This document shows, piece after piece, positions 24,301-35,800 of a stretch of 60,268 nucleotides of DNA; position 1 is the first letter of the stretch; the number at the start of each line of letters is the position of its first letter. The stretch comes from Phyllobates terribilis (taxonomy: Eukaryota), in contig NW_027367250.1 of the NCBI RefSeq assembly GCF_046119375.1, positions 1 to 60,268 on the forward strand. The letters are read 5' to 3'. A program made the position numbers and the translations under genes. A model generated the notes under the pieces. That model saw only the letters and a program-made list of their open reading frames with translations, made no database searches and had not been told where the DNA came from.

Positions 24301-25210
24301 TTAGTTGATGACAGTTTTGTCGATGACAGTTTTGTTTGATGACAGATTCATTTTTCGCATGTTATGACACTTTTTTCGTATGTGATGACACTTTGTGTGT
24401 GATGACACTTTTAGTCGTGATGATAGTTTTTAGTATGTGATGATACTTTTTTGTATATGCTGAAACTTTTTAGTATGTGATGACACTTTATTGGATATGC
24501 TGAAACTTTTTAGTTTTGTATGTGATGACACTTTTCGTATGTGATGACAGTTTAGTGTGTGACAAACACTTCTAGTTGTGATTTTCTATGTGATGACAGT
24601 TTTTAGTTGTAATGACACCTTTGTATATGCTTACACTTTTTTTGTATGTGATGACACTTTTTATTACGTGATGACACTTTTAGTTGTGATTTCAGTTTTT
24701 AATAATGTGATGACACTTTAGTCGTGATGACACCTTTTTGTATATGCTGAAACTTTTTAGTATGTGATGACACTTTTTTGTATATGCTGAAACTTTTTAG
24801 TTGTGATGATAGATTAACGTATGTGATAACACTTTTTCGTATGTGATGACAGTTTAGTGTGTGATAAACACTTCTAGTTGTGATTTCGTTTTTTATTAAT
24901 GAGATGACAGTTTTTAGTGTGTGATGACACTTTTTAGTCATTACACTTTGAATATTGTGATGAAACTTCTAGTTGTCGTTTCGGTTTTTAATAATGTGAT
25001 GACACTTCTTGTTGTGATAATAGATATAGTTATAATTAGTTGATTGATGACATCCGACACACACTCAGAGTATTTCTAGTTAAAAATAAAACAATCTGTA
25101 GTAGCATCTTTGTGATGACAATCTGTAGTAACATCTTGCTATATTTGATAACACTTAAAAACATATATGATGACAACTAAACGTATTAATATTATCTTTC
25201 ATCTCGTGAC
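18390..25210 (+). repeat. GTGATGACA motif arrays on the plus strand, in introns and the 3' region of the DUF1985-Ulp1 gene
   Basis: Dense blocks at ~18390-19120, 20080-20245, 20570-21390, 22640-23185 and 23920-25210. They include 4 x 94-bp units (18447, 18541, 18635, 18729) and a 286-bp duplication (20571/20857). Confidence 0.95.
19129..23910 (+). pseudogene. DUF1985 (VANC-like) plus Ulp1/C48 SUMO-protease multi-exon pseudogene
   Basis: Exon 19129-19821 has FSAILVHHMLM..EMWFELGG..RF.L.EYAAITGL and FAEYPWGR.SY..L.NSL, continuing as Q|VW at 19909. The Ulp1 part has KSW...VYAPF..HF (His 23447), VMD, LPQ and GNCGIFTIK (Cys 23754). Stops include TAA 23775, and frameshifts are present. Confidence 0.85.
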
Positions 25211-28101
25211 AAACCCACTTTGTTGAAAAATTACTCTAATCCACTTGCATCGTAGCATTCTTACTGCTTGATGGTCTGAACTTGCATGATGTCTTGTTGT
25301 ATCCCATATTTGAACATTCCCCACACTTGATGGGCTTCCGTTTCTTCTTGATAAAACTTCTTCTAATTTCTATTTCACAAAGAAATCTTCGCTTCTTTGG
25401 CCTCCCGGTTTGTCTCATCACGAATTATGGATAACAAGCTATGCTCGCAATATCTTTGGGGACAACCGACTGCGACCTCATAAGCACCGGAAATATAGTT
25501 TCCTGGTATGACTTTGCCCAACTAGAATAGAGACAATACCTACTTACAAAATCCATAATATTACCCTTAACTTTTTGTAAGACAGTAATTGCATGTGCAC
25601 ACGGTATGTGATCCAAATCAAATACTTTGCAGCTGCAAGTCTTTCGTGATAGATCTACTATACCGGTAAACTTTCATCCAATAACCTCACTTTTCACCTT
25701 ATTCAACATCTTTACTTCGTATATCGATGACTCTTTATACCTTTCCTCCACCACTTTATGTACATGAGGAGGCAATTTATTTGTGCTCTTTTCAATAAGC
25801 TTTCTGCGTTTTGTAAAACCACCTCGATAGCAAATCTCGTATATACTCTAACAGAGCCACAAGTTGATATGACCGAGCTTCTTTCAATACTGAGTTTATA
25901 CTTTTTGAGTTGTTTGTTGTCATAATGTTGTATCTTTCACCTGCATTCGCAATCATTAGTAAGCATTAAAGTTATCTGTCAGGCGATTTTTAACAATATC
26001 TAAGTTGCCATAGTGTTATAGTGTCATCCATAATATTTTACAAAGTGTCATCACTATAAATAAAGTGATGACACTATCTAAGTTGATGATACTTTCTATA
26101 TATTGCCTTCAAATTTGATGACATTATCTATGTTGATGACACCTTATTTATTGTATAAGGTGTCATCGATATAAGTAAAACTGTCACCAGCCTTATTTAC
26201 ATAATTTGACGACACTATATAAGGGGTTATCATTATGGAATAGACGAAGATCATCACCTGGACAATATGAACAAGCCCAGTTCTCTAGCTTTGCTCGTAT
26301 AAGGTAATCCGTCATATTTGTATTCATTTCAGAAATTTTGTCAAAGTAGTGCTGAAACTCTATCTTGGTATAGCTTTCAGATGCTTGTGTGAACAAGTGG
26401 TGTATACCTTTGTTCTTGAACAGAGTTTTCAAATTCTCTTTAAGATGTCTTGTGCAAACCACATGTATGGAAGAACTGTAAATCTTCTCAAGGCTGGTTG
26501 CAATGCTCTTATGTCTATCCGACACAAACACTAAATTTGTCATACTTGGGATGACAGTATGGAGTTGCTCAAAAAACCATGTCCACGAGTTATCGTTTTC
26601 TAAATCAACGATAGACAACGCTAGAGGTTATATTTGATTATTGACATCTTGTGTTGTAGATATCATTAGATTTCCTTTATACTTCCCATGAAGATGTGTG
26701 TCATCCACCATGATGACCTTACACAAAAAAGTGTCAATAAAAAGTGTTCTCAAATATTAACTACAAATAGTGTCATCCATATTTAAAAAGTGTCATCAAT
26801 CAAAAGTGTCATCAACTACCAAACATGAAAAGTGTCATCAACTATGAAGCCTAAATCATAACTGTTAGTTGAGCATTAATAGACTTATTAAAGTTAATCT
26901 ATTTCTCTTTGTTTTGATAATAACAAACTAATATGTTTAATCTTTTAGTGTTTTTAAGCTTTCCAGGTTATTGTAATATCTACTAGCATTGACTTAGGTC
27001 ACTTAGAGATGCACTTCGACTAATCTCAGTCGCGCTTAACACCAAGCGGAGAAAGCAAGTTTCGCAAGCGGTGTTTAACAATCCCATTCAAGTCCAGAAG
27101 TGAGTATAAGCGAGCTTCTAAGGCATAGAAGATGCGCTTGAATGAAGCGGAAGTAGTGTTGATCATGAGGTTCCACCATAGCTTAGGGTGAACAATGGCG
27201 CAGAAGAAAACTACCAGAACGCAAGTGAAGGCTGGTGAGCGGGAGAATGCAAGTTGTGTGCCCAAGAGGTGCGAGAAGAATTTGTTATTCTTTGGGACGC
27301 AACTCCATGGATCGCCAACGTGGAGGGAGTTGGTTAGCACAAGTGCCCACGGATTGCTGAGGTGGCTTGCATCAACAAATGGAAGAACAAAACCAAATCA
27401 TACAAGCCGTTGATTAATTCTGGTGAAATGATCAAGGAGCACGGATTGATGAGGTGGCATTATGCTTAGTCTTTGTTTGTTACACGAAATTAAGTTAGAG
27501 TTGTAGCTTAAGGTTTGGTATAAATAGTGGACTGTTGCATTCACTCTAAGTATTACAAAGTGAGGAATTCAGAGAGAAGCTAGGAGAGCTTAAGTGTTTA
27601 CTCAGTTATAATCAAGAGAGTTGAAGTGTCATTGTTATAGAGAGCTGAACTCAAGTATTGTAAAGAGAGAGTTTACGAGTGAGCTTCAAAGTGTTGAAGC
27701 GAGAGATTGTAACCTACTTCTAATCAATACATTATAGCGGTAAGTTTTATCCCGAGGTCAATTAGTGACTTAGGGTTCTCACGTTTGGAAAAACTCTTTG
27801 TGTGCAAATCTAGTGTGCTTTAAACAACTTAAAGCGCGCTCTTATTGTTGTCTGACCTTTTCCGCGTTCAAGGACTTTAGTAAACCAATACTAAGTGTCT
27901 TACACTGGTCAAGCGCATCTCCAAGTATTAAAGCGCAATTCGATACTTGAGAAGCGCATCTAAGACTTAATGAAACTTAGAAGACATTGAACAATAGTGG
28001 CTTAAGAAAACACGAACTTACAATTGGTATCAGAGATACAGGTTTGCCTATTTTTGCACTAATCCTTTTTGCAGATCTCAAGGATTTTTAAGAGTAAGAA
28101 C

Positions 28102-30445
28102 ATGTCGAACTTCAACCTCGGAATCTCTCTCGCGAAGCCCCATGTGCTAATTGAAGGTGAATTGGAGTGGTGGATAACGATGACAAGAAATTACATCAAA
28201 CAAAGGGATTATCAGTGCTGGAAAATCATCGACAAGGGCGATGAGATAATTTCTGAGAAAGATGACTCCAAATGGAAGCCAAGGAGTACCAACTAATGGA
28301 GAAGAATGCTAAAGCGCGTCAGCTCATCCTAAATGCGCTTTCACGAAAAGACATTGATAGGGTAATGTCCCTTCCTACTGCTAAAGAGATGTGGACAGTC
28401 ATCATCAACATGCACTCAGGTAGTGAAGACCATGAAGGACAACAGGTTATTTGAGCTGAACCATGAATTTTTCTCCATTTAAAATGGAGAAAATGAGCTT
28501 GTATCTGACTATCATTCTCGATGTCAAATTCTTTATGACAAAATGCTATCCCCTGGAATGGAAAAGAAGGCTTGGGAGTACTCTATGGCATTCATCCATG
28601 GGGTGAACTCCAAGTACAAAACTCTCAAGCAGATTCTTCTCCAATCAAAAGCGACTCGAGAATTGCCTATTTCTGTGCTTGCAGGAAAGTTCAAGGTACA
28701 AGAAATCAAGAACAATGAAGAGAAAATCTCAGAACGTGAAACCAAGGCATGGCGCTCAAGCTCTCACGCGTCCTCTAGAACTAGAGAATGATGACGAAGG
28801 AGACGATGATGATGATAGAGATGTCGCCATGATGACCAAGGTTCTGAAGAAATTCTTTAAGAGACAAGGTGGATTCAAGCAGCGCACCCTACCACCAAGC
28901 AGCGTGATGTCCTAGACTTTACATGCTTTAAGTGCAACAAGAAAGGACATTTAGCCAAAGCGTGTCCTCATCCAAAGGTGAATCCCAAGCTCTAGCTTCG
29001 ACAAGCAGCCTCCTAAACAAGCATTTGTTACACTTTGGGGAGAATCAGATGGAGACTCTGATGATGGATCGCAAGACAATGTCTTCTTGATGGCTAGACT
29101 CTGGCTCTAAGATTGAGGTAACTGATCTTAACTATGAAATCTTACCCAAGCACAATCTTATAAATCTTTTAAAAGAACTGTTGGTTGATCATAAGTCACT
29201 AGCTGATGAAGCTAGGGACTTCTGGATGAGCTTAATGTTCTAAGGAAGAAGTAGTTGAGCTTTCCAAGCGCTTACATGACAACCCCACTCTCCTGACTAA
29301 ATCTTGTGAGCGTTGTCATTGAAACGAGTTGGAAAGAAACTCTGACTAAACTAAGGATGTAAAGCTCGATCAGATCATATCAAAGCTTGACATTCTTACT
29401 AAGCTAGTAGAAGCAAAGTCTGTCCCTCAAACAACCTTTGTGAAAGCTAGACCTGGATTGGGCTATGCCCCCAGGAGTCTTCCTCTAACTCCAGTCCCCC
29501 TCAATCAAGTGATCTCTCTACTAAATACAAATCACTTGAGCAAGACTTGAATGCTTACAAGGGTGAGAACTCTCAGTTGAAAAGCATGATCAAAGTTCTT
29601 GAGGAACAACCATCCGAAACCAAAGAATGGTTTCATGGGGAGAAAGCGCATCATTTATATGTGAAACAAGCGCGAACCCAACTCAGCCTCCTGTCTTACA
29701 GAAGAAAGAACCATTCAGACCAGGAAAAGGCAAGTATGGTTACGTAAGAGGTAACCCTTACTGTACCTTTTGTGGTCACAATGGACATAACAAACGTGAG
29801 TGCAAGGACCTAAAAGTCCTTAAGAATCAATTCTATAAGCCAATGGCTAAATCTGAGGGCAAGCGCATACGTCGTCGACATTCATCTGTCGAGAACGATT
29901 GCGCTTCAGCACAAGCAGGTACACTTCGTAAAGCGCGACCTCATATGGTGCTTGATCTGAATGATCCAAGTTATTACGAGCCAGTCCAAAAGACTAGCAC
30001 ATAATAGCTATGAGTAACGTTCCCACGAAGCGCAAGCATCTGTGGGAAATCAAAGCATGATCTTTGTATTTTCAGGTTGGAATGAAGAGTAGAGAATGCA
30101 CTGAAAGAGGTCGTTTGTGTCATGACGAACGATCCACAATTGCTACTCTCATTTCAAGCTAAGGAGGGAGATAATGTCTTCCTCAGTGACGAAAGAACAA
30201 GTAAAGATCAATGCTAGAGGACACAAGCGCAACCTATGATATTTTCAGCGCATTATAAGTATCCAGTACATCACTCACACTAAGCACATCGATGTACAAC
30301 ACCACTTTCTACGTGATCATGTGGAGCGCAAGAACATCGAGCTTACTCACGTATCTTCAGAAGGGCAATTAGCGGATATTTTACTAAAACGCTTAATCGA
30401 TAGGTCTTCTTAAACCTTCGGGTTCAGCTTGGCCTTATGCGACTC
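28102..30445 (+). pseudogene. SIRE gag (UBN2-like, two Zn knuckles), protease remnant and RNase H C-terminus; integrase and RT deleted
   Basis: NAKARQLILNAL..TAKEMW; CFKCNKKGHLAKAC (~28925); CTFCGHNGHNKREC (~29760); MTNDPQLL..KEGDNVF (~30120); HTKHIDVQHHFLRDHVE..QLADI (~30275-30385). Confidence 0.85.
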
Positions 30446-32105
30446 CATTAGCTTTGAGGCTATGGCACTGTAAGTATTCCACTTCATTGACTAGAACTAG
30501 CATGCTCAATATCAAGGTACGAACTATGGTAGCTTGTGCTTGATAGCTTTGAGTCATTCTTGCTCTATGGTTGTTCATTAAGATGAATAGTATTGAAGTT
30601 GTCTTACTTTCTTAGCTTGATCTGTTATAATCATAGCCATTACATGCTCTTCTTTGCCAAAACTTGACAATGGTGATCGTCTTCTACCCATATTACATGC
30701 ATAAGAAATGATCCATTGCATAGGTATCCTTAGCCTGACTAGATGTTACGCTTCTCTTACCCTTACTTGAACTCCACATATGAGAAGTATTCATTTGGTG
30801 ACATAAAGCCCAATTACCATTTTACATGTATATGCACATACGACCACATCAACTTGAGTGTTGAATGCTCTAATGTCCCCAATATGAAATGTGCATCTTC
30901 CTATTCATTACTTGCATTACATTGTGGTTGGTAAGTCAAACTTGACATCACATGGCTACACCTAACGCTTCAAGTCAGTTTTGTGCTACATCAGGGGTTT
31001 AATGAGTGGTAATTTGTTGAGCTTCACAGCGCTTCAAAGCGCACTTCAGCGTGTTGTGTTCAAATTTTCGGTTTTGCTTAAGTGTGAAGCAACGGCTACA
31101 TTCAACGGATCTGTCCAACGGCTATTTTTTTGCTTTCTGCGTTCAACGGCTAGTTTTCTGACCGTTGGAGCCTAGCACGTCTAATCAGCGATATTAGTGG
31201 ACCGTTGTTCCTTTTTCTGCCGTTATTTGTGATTGGCTTGTTTGAACGGTGAAGAGTGGAGGCCAAGTGCATAAATACCAGGTTTGTGTTGTTTCTTCCG
31301 CTTACCTTGTTATCTACCTCTTGTCTCTCTCTCTTTCTTAAACTCCTCTCAAGTTTCCTGACCATCACTACTTCACAATAAAAGGGAGAACGTGAACCTC
31401 GCCGACCTTGACCCGCCACCCGTGCCCAGGTCGAGTTGATCATAAAATATAAATCTTCCACATCCACTCCATCCGACCCAAACCCAGCTCCTCAAAATGA
31501 TCCAAATCCAAACACATACATCTGCCCCAAATCCCCTATTATAGACCTAACTACCACAAAAGACCTAAGCCCCACTAAAACACTCTTGCCCAAGAAGCTC
31601 CTCTCTACTCACATGATCCACAGGTGGATTTCTCACTCACAGCCGATGACTTAGATCTGGCTGGATATGATGTAGAGAAAGAGATCGCTCGAATCACAGG
31701 GGCTTTCCACTCAGGCTATTCCTTTTTCTACCCCGGCCAAGGGTAAAGTTATTCTGGAGATAGAGACACCGCCCAGACCTGGTGCTTCAACTCATCCAGG
31801 TACTCAGTCTCTCATGTCGCCTAAGGATTTGATAGTAGGTATTCCCTCCGACTCTGATGAAGATGGCGATTACCGTATTCAAACACGTTTCAGAGACAGA
31901 TTCCCCTCTCCCTCTAGTGACTCAACGCGCTGATAGACATAGTGATGCGCTTTGTCGTCAAAAGAAGAAGCGCAAGGCTCCTCTCGCTCCTCCTCCAGAA
32001 GAAGTAGAATCTTCAGATGGTTCTGAGCCGACTCACCACCTCAAGAGGTTGTCCCTGAACGTGCAGTTTCTACTCGCTCTAGAGGCGCCAAGGTAATAGG
32101 TGTAA

Positions 32106-32852
32106 ATGAATTCCCTCCAGTCCCCACAGGTATTGCCAAGCCGCTCATTCCTATTTCCAGAAATCGTCATCTCTGATCTATTCTCCGAGCTACAAGAGTC
32201 TTCGCACATCTCGCGCTTCTCCACATGGCTAAGTTTTCAAGGTTGGGATAAGCTAGAGACTGAGCCGGCACGGTGTAACGATGCAATGGTGTACCAGCTT
32301 TACGCCACCATGGAGTATCAACCTGCAAATCCCGAGTATAGTCAAGTATGGTTTTACTGGAGAGGGAATTTGAAGGAAACCTTCTTGGTGAAGGATTTGG
32401 CGAAGGCGATAGGGCTTACTGGCCAGTCCAATGGATTTGGACGTCTTTACAAGAAGAACTGGCCAGCCGGTGCTAAACGACTCAAAGAAGCGGTATTTGG
32501 ACCCAATGTGTCAAAGGGAACCCTTACAGTGGATATGCTAAAGCCGTGCCGCCGTCTCCTTCATCACTTCATCATCACGAACATCACCCAAAGGGACTAC
32601 GACAGAGAGAAAGTTACAATAGGTGACTGCTGCATCATGGCCGCTGTGATCTCCAATCAGGTAGTTAATACCGTTCAGCTCATGATGAGCCATCTTTTCC
32701 TTTGTCGTGCTTCTACTTCAGGACCCCTCCCTTTTCCTCATCTAATCTGTAAGATGCTCAAGGCCGACGGTCTGTACGATAGTGCCCTCACCGACTATGC
32801 GTGCTCTACTTTTTCTTACATCAGCTGCTATTTGCGCTATCCTTCTCCCTAA
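32106..32852 (+). pseudogene. SIRE extra (env-like) ORF with a plant-transposon-protein-type domain
   Basis: Lies between RNase H and the PPT. Motifs QGWDKL..VYQLYATM..LLHHFIITNI..KVT..LPFPHLICKML. Broken upstream (~31430 onward) and downstream. Confidence 0.7.
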
Positions 32853-35800
32853 AACTGAGCTCCTCATCCTTCAAGATCTCGCTCCGAGTTAAGTCCTCGC
32901 ACTCGCCCTCCTTCTGCTTCCTCAGATCGGGTGTAGTTGTAGCCCTTGAAGCGCCATTCATGATCGCGGTGAGAAGAGCATGTCTGATCTTTGTGAGACT
33001 GTTGAGAAGTTTATGACGTTGGTGCAGTCTTCTTTTGACCGTGTCTTCCAGCTGATGATCGAAGCAAATGAAAAGCGTTAGGTTGTGGTGGTGTTGGTTG
33101 TTTCTTGTTTCTCTTATTCTCTCCTTGTTTTTGCTTGTTCTGAATTCCTATCCCTAGGTATCCTATCCTATTTTGTGACAGCTACTTATGAATGATAATG
33201 TAGTATGTTCTGGTTTTATAACTTTGATAGCTTCGCTAACTTGCTCTTTGATACTTTGCCTTGATTTTTTGTTCACTATACTTTCTAGTTTGATTTCTTA
33301 GCTAGAAAGCGCAACCTCCTATCTTTCTTACTGTATGATTGAGCTTGAATTTTTTCGATGATGTCAAAAGGGGTAAGAAAACAGGTACATCCTTCTTTGA
33401 TTTATGGGGAAGTTTAAGATCATGCTTAAACTCAGGGGAATTTGAATAACTGTGTTGGTTAAGTACTTCGTAAGGTACTTCGATCTAATTCCAAATCTGA
33501 ATACTTGATTAACTTGTGTTTATTGTCTCCATTTTCATCATTAATGAAAGTATTCATGAGCTTACCTGTTCACTGTTTGTCATCATCAAAATGGGGGAAA
33601 TTGGTATTTGAGCTTTAATAGACTTATTAAAGCTTAATCTATTTCTCTTTGTTTGATGATAACAAACTAATATGTTTAAACTTTTAGTGTTTTTAAGCTT
33701 ACCAGGTTATTGTAATATCTACTGGCATGCACTTAAGTCACTTAGAGATGCGCTTCGACTGATCTTAGTCGCGCTTAACACCAAGCGGAGAAAGCAAGTT
33801 TCGCAAACGGTGTTTAACAATCCGTTCAAGTCCAGAAGTGAGTATAAGGGAGCTTATAAGGCATACAAGATGCGCTTGAATGAAGCGGAAGTAGTGTTGA
33901 TCACGAGGTTCCACCATAGCTTAGGGTTAACACTGGCGCAGAAGAAAACTACCAGAACGCAAGTGAAGGCTGGTGAGCGGGAAAATGCAAGTTGTGTGCA
34001 CAAGAGATGCGAGAAGAACTTGTTATTCTTTAGGACGCAACCAGGGATCGCCAACGTGGAGGGAGTTGGTTAGCGCAGTGCCCACGGATTGCTGAGGTGG
34101 CGTGGATCAACAAATGGAAGAAAAACCAAATCAATACAAGCCGTTGATTAATTATGGTGAAATGATCAAGGCGCACAGATTGATGAGGTGGCATTATGCT
34201 TAGTCTTTGTTTGTTACACAAAATTAAGTTAGAGTTGTAGCTTAAGGTTTGTGTATAAATAGTGGATTGTTGCATTCACTCTAAGTATTACAAAGTGAGG
34301 AATTCAGAGAGAAGCTAGGAGCGCGTAATTGTTTACTCAATTGTAATCAAGAGAGGTGAAGTGTCATTGTTCTAGAGAGCTGAACTCAAGTATTTGTAAA
34401 GAGAGAGTTACGAGTGAGCTTCAAAGTGTTGAAGCGAGAGATTGTAACCTTCTTCTAATCAATACATTGCAGTGGTGAGTTTTATCCCGAGTCAATTAGT
34501 GACTTAGGGTTCTCACCGTTGGAAAACTCTTTGTGTGCAAATCTAGTGCGCTTTAAACACTTAAAGAGCGCTCTTATTGTTGTCTGACCTTTTCCGCGTT
34601 CAAGGACTTTAGTAAAACAATTACTAAGTGTCTTACACTGGTCAAGCGCATCTCCAAGTATTAAAGCGCAATTCGATACTTGAGAAGCGCATCTAAGACT
34701 TAATGAACCTTAGAAGACATTGAACAATAGTGGCTTAAGAAACACGAACTTACAATAACTGTCATCAAACAATAGCGAAACTGTCATCAAAACCTAAATC
34801 TCAAAACTGTCATCAAACCTACATCAGAACTGTCATCAAACCATCAATAAACTGTCATTAAACCCTGAACCTCAAAAACCGTCATCAAACCTAAATCAAA
34901 ATATTCATCCAAACAAAAGTGTCCTCAACTTTGAACTATCAATACACTGTCATCAAACCATCAATGTCATCAAACCTAAATCGAAAGTGTCATCAATCTA
35001 TCAAAGCTAAATCAAAACTGTCAGAATTTTCATCAATTTGTTAAAAATGTCATCATACTATCAAAACTGTCCTCGTATTGTCAAAACTATCATCAATTTG
35101 TCAATATTATTATTAGACCTAGATTAGTTTTCGAACAAAATAAAACGAACTGGATTAGTGATGACATCAAACTTGTTGACAATATATACGATAATCATAG
35201 AAGTTTTGATGCGAGATTTTGCATACCATACCTGTCTCAAGTAATTGAAACCTCTAACACAAGTTCTTATTGAAACAAACGCATACTTGAAATGGTCTTC
35301 ATATTTAGTTTCAAACTTTTGTATATGTACCGGGGTTTACTTGTTCCCAAAATGTATAAATACGATGGTAGAAGTCTATAATTCAACTCAGATGTCCCTC
35401 TAATCATGTTTTGTTCCCATTCTTTAGCTCTCCAAGCCTTCCAATAACTAATATTTTGGGAGTAGCCATTCCTCATATCATTTTGTATTGACTTTGGATT
35501 TGGTCCATTTTTAACACCCGATGCATACCTGTACACAAAAGAATGATGAAAATCAATTAAAGTAATAATAATACATTATAGTTTCATCAACTGTGATGAC
35601 ATATTCTTTTATTATCATCACAATAAATAACCAGTATCATCAATGAATTTGATGACTCTAAAATTTGTTTAATCATACCTTGTTTGTATTTGTTCTCCAA
35701 TAGCTCTATAAGTAGGATGACAATGGTTTGCACATCGGGTGTCAAGTGAGCATGTATGAACGTCATTATATATTCTAATTTGAAAGAATTCCGTGTCTTT

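Larger units (their letters stand above)
26863..34754 (+). mobile_element. Ty1/Copia SIRE (Sirevirus) element, internally deleted, inserted in a mudrA intron
   Basis: LTRs 26863-28022 and 33602-34754, TSD ATAAC, PBS TGGTATCAGAG at 28025, and multiple PPTs ending TTGTCATCATCAAAATGGGGGAAAT. The LTR carries the TTTGATGATAACAAAC motif. Confidence 0.92.

Noticed and set aside
33672-34073. 133-aa ORF in the SIRE LTR (and 27195-27413)
   Set aside because: It is broken in the other LTR and has no known motif.
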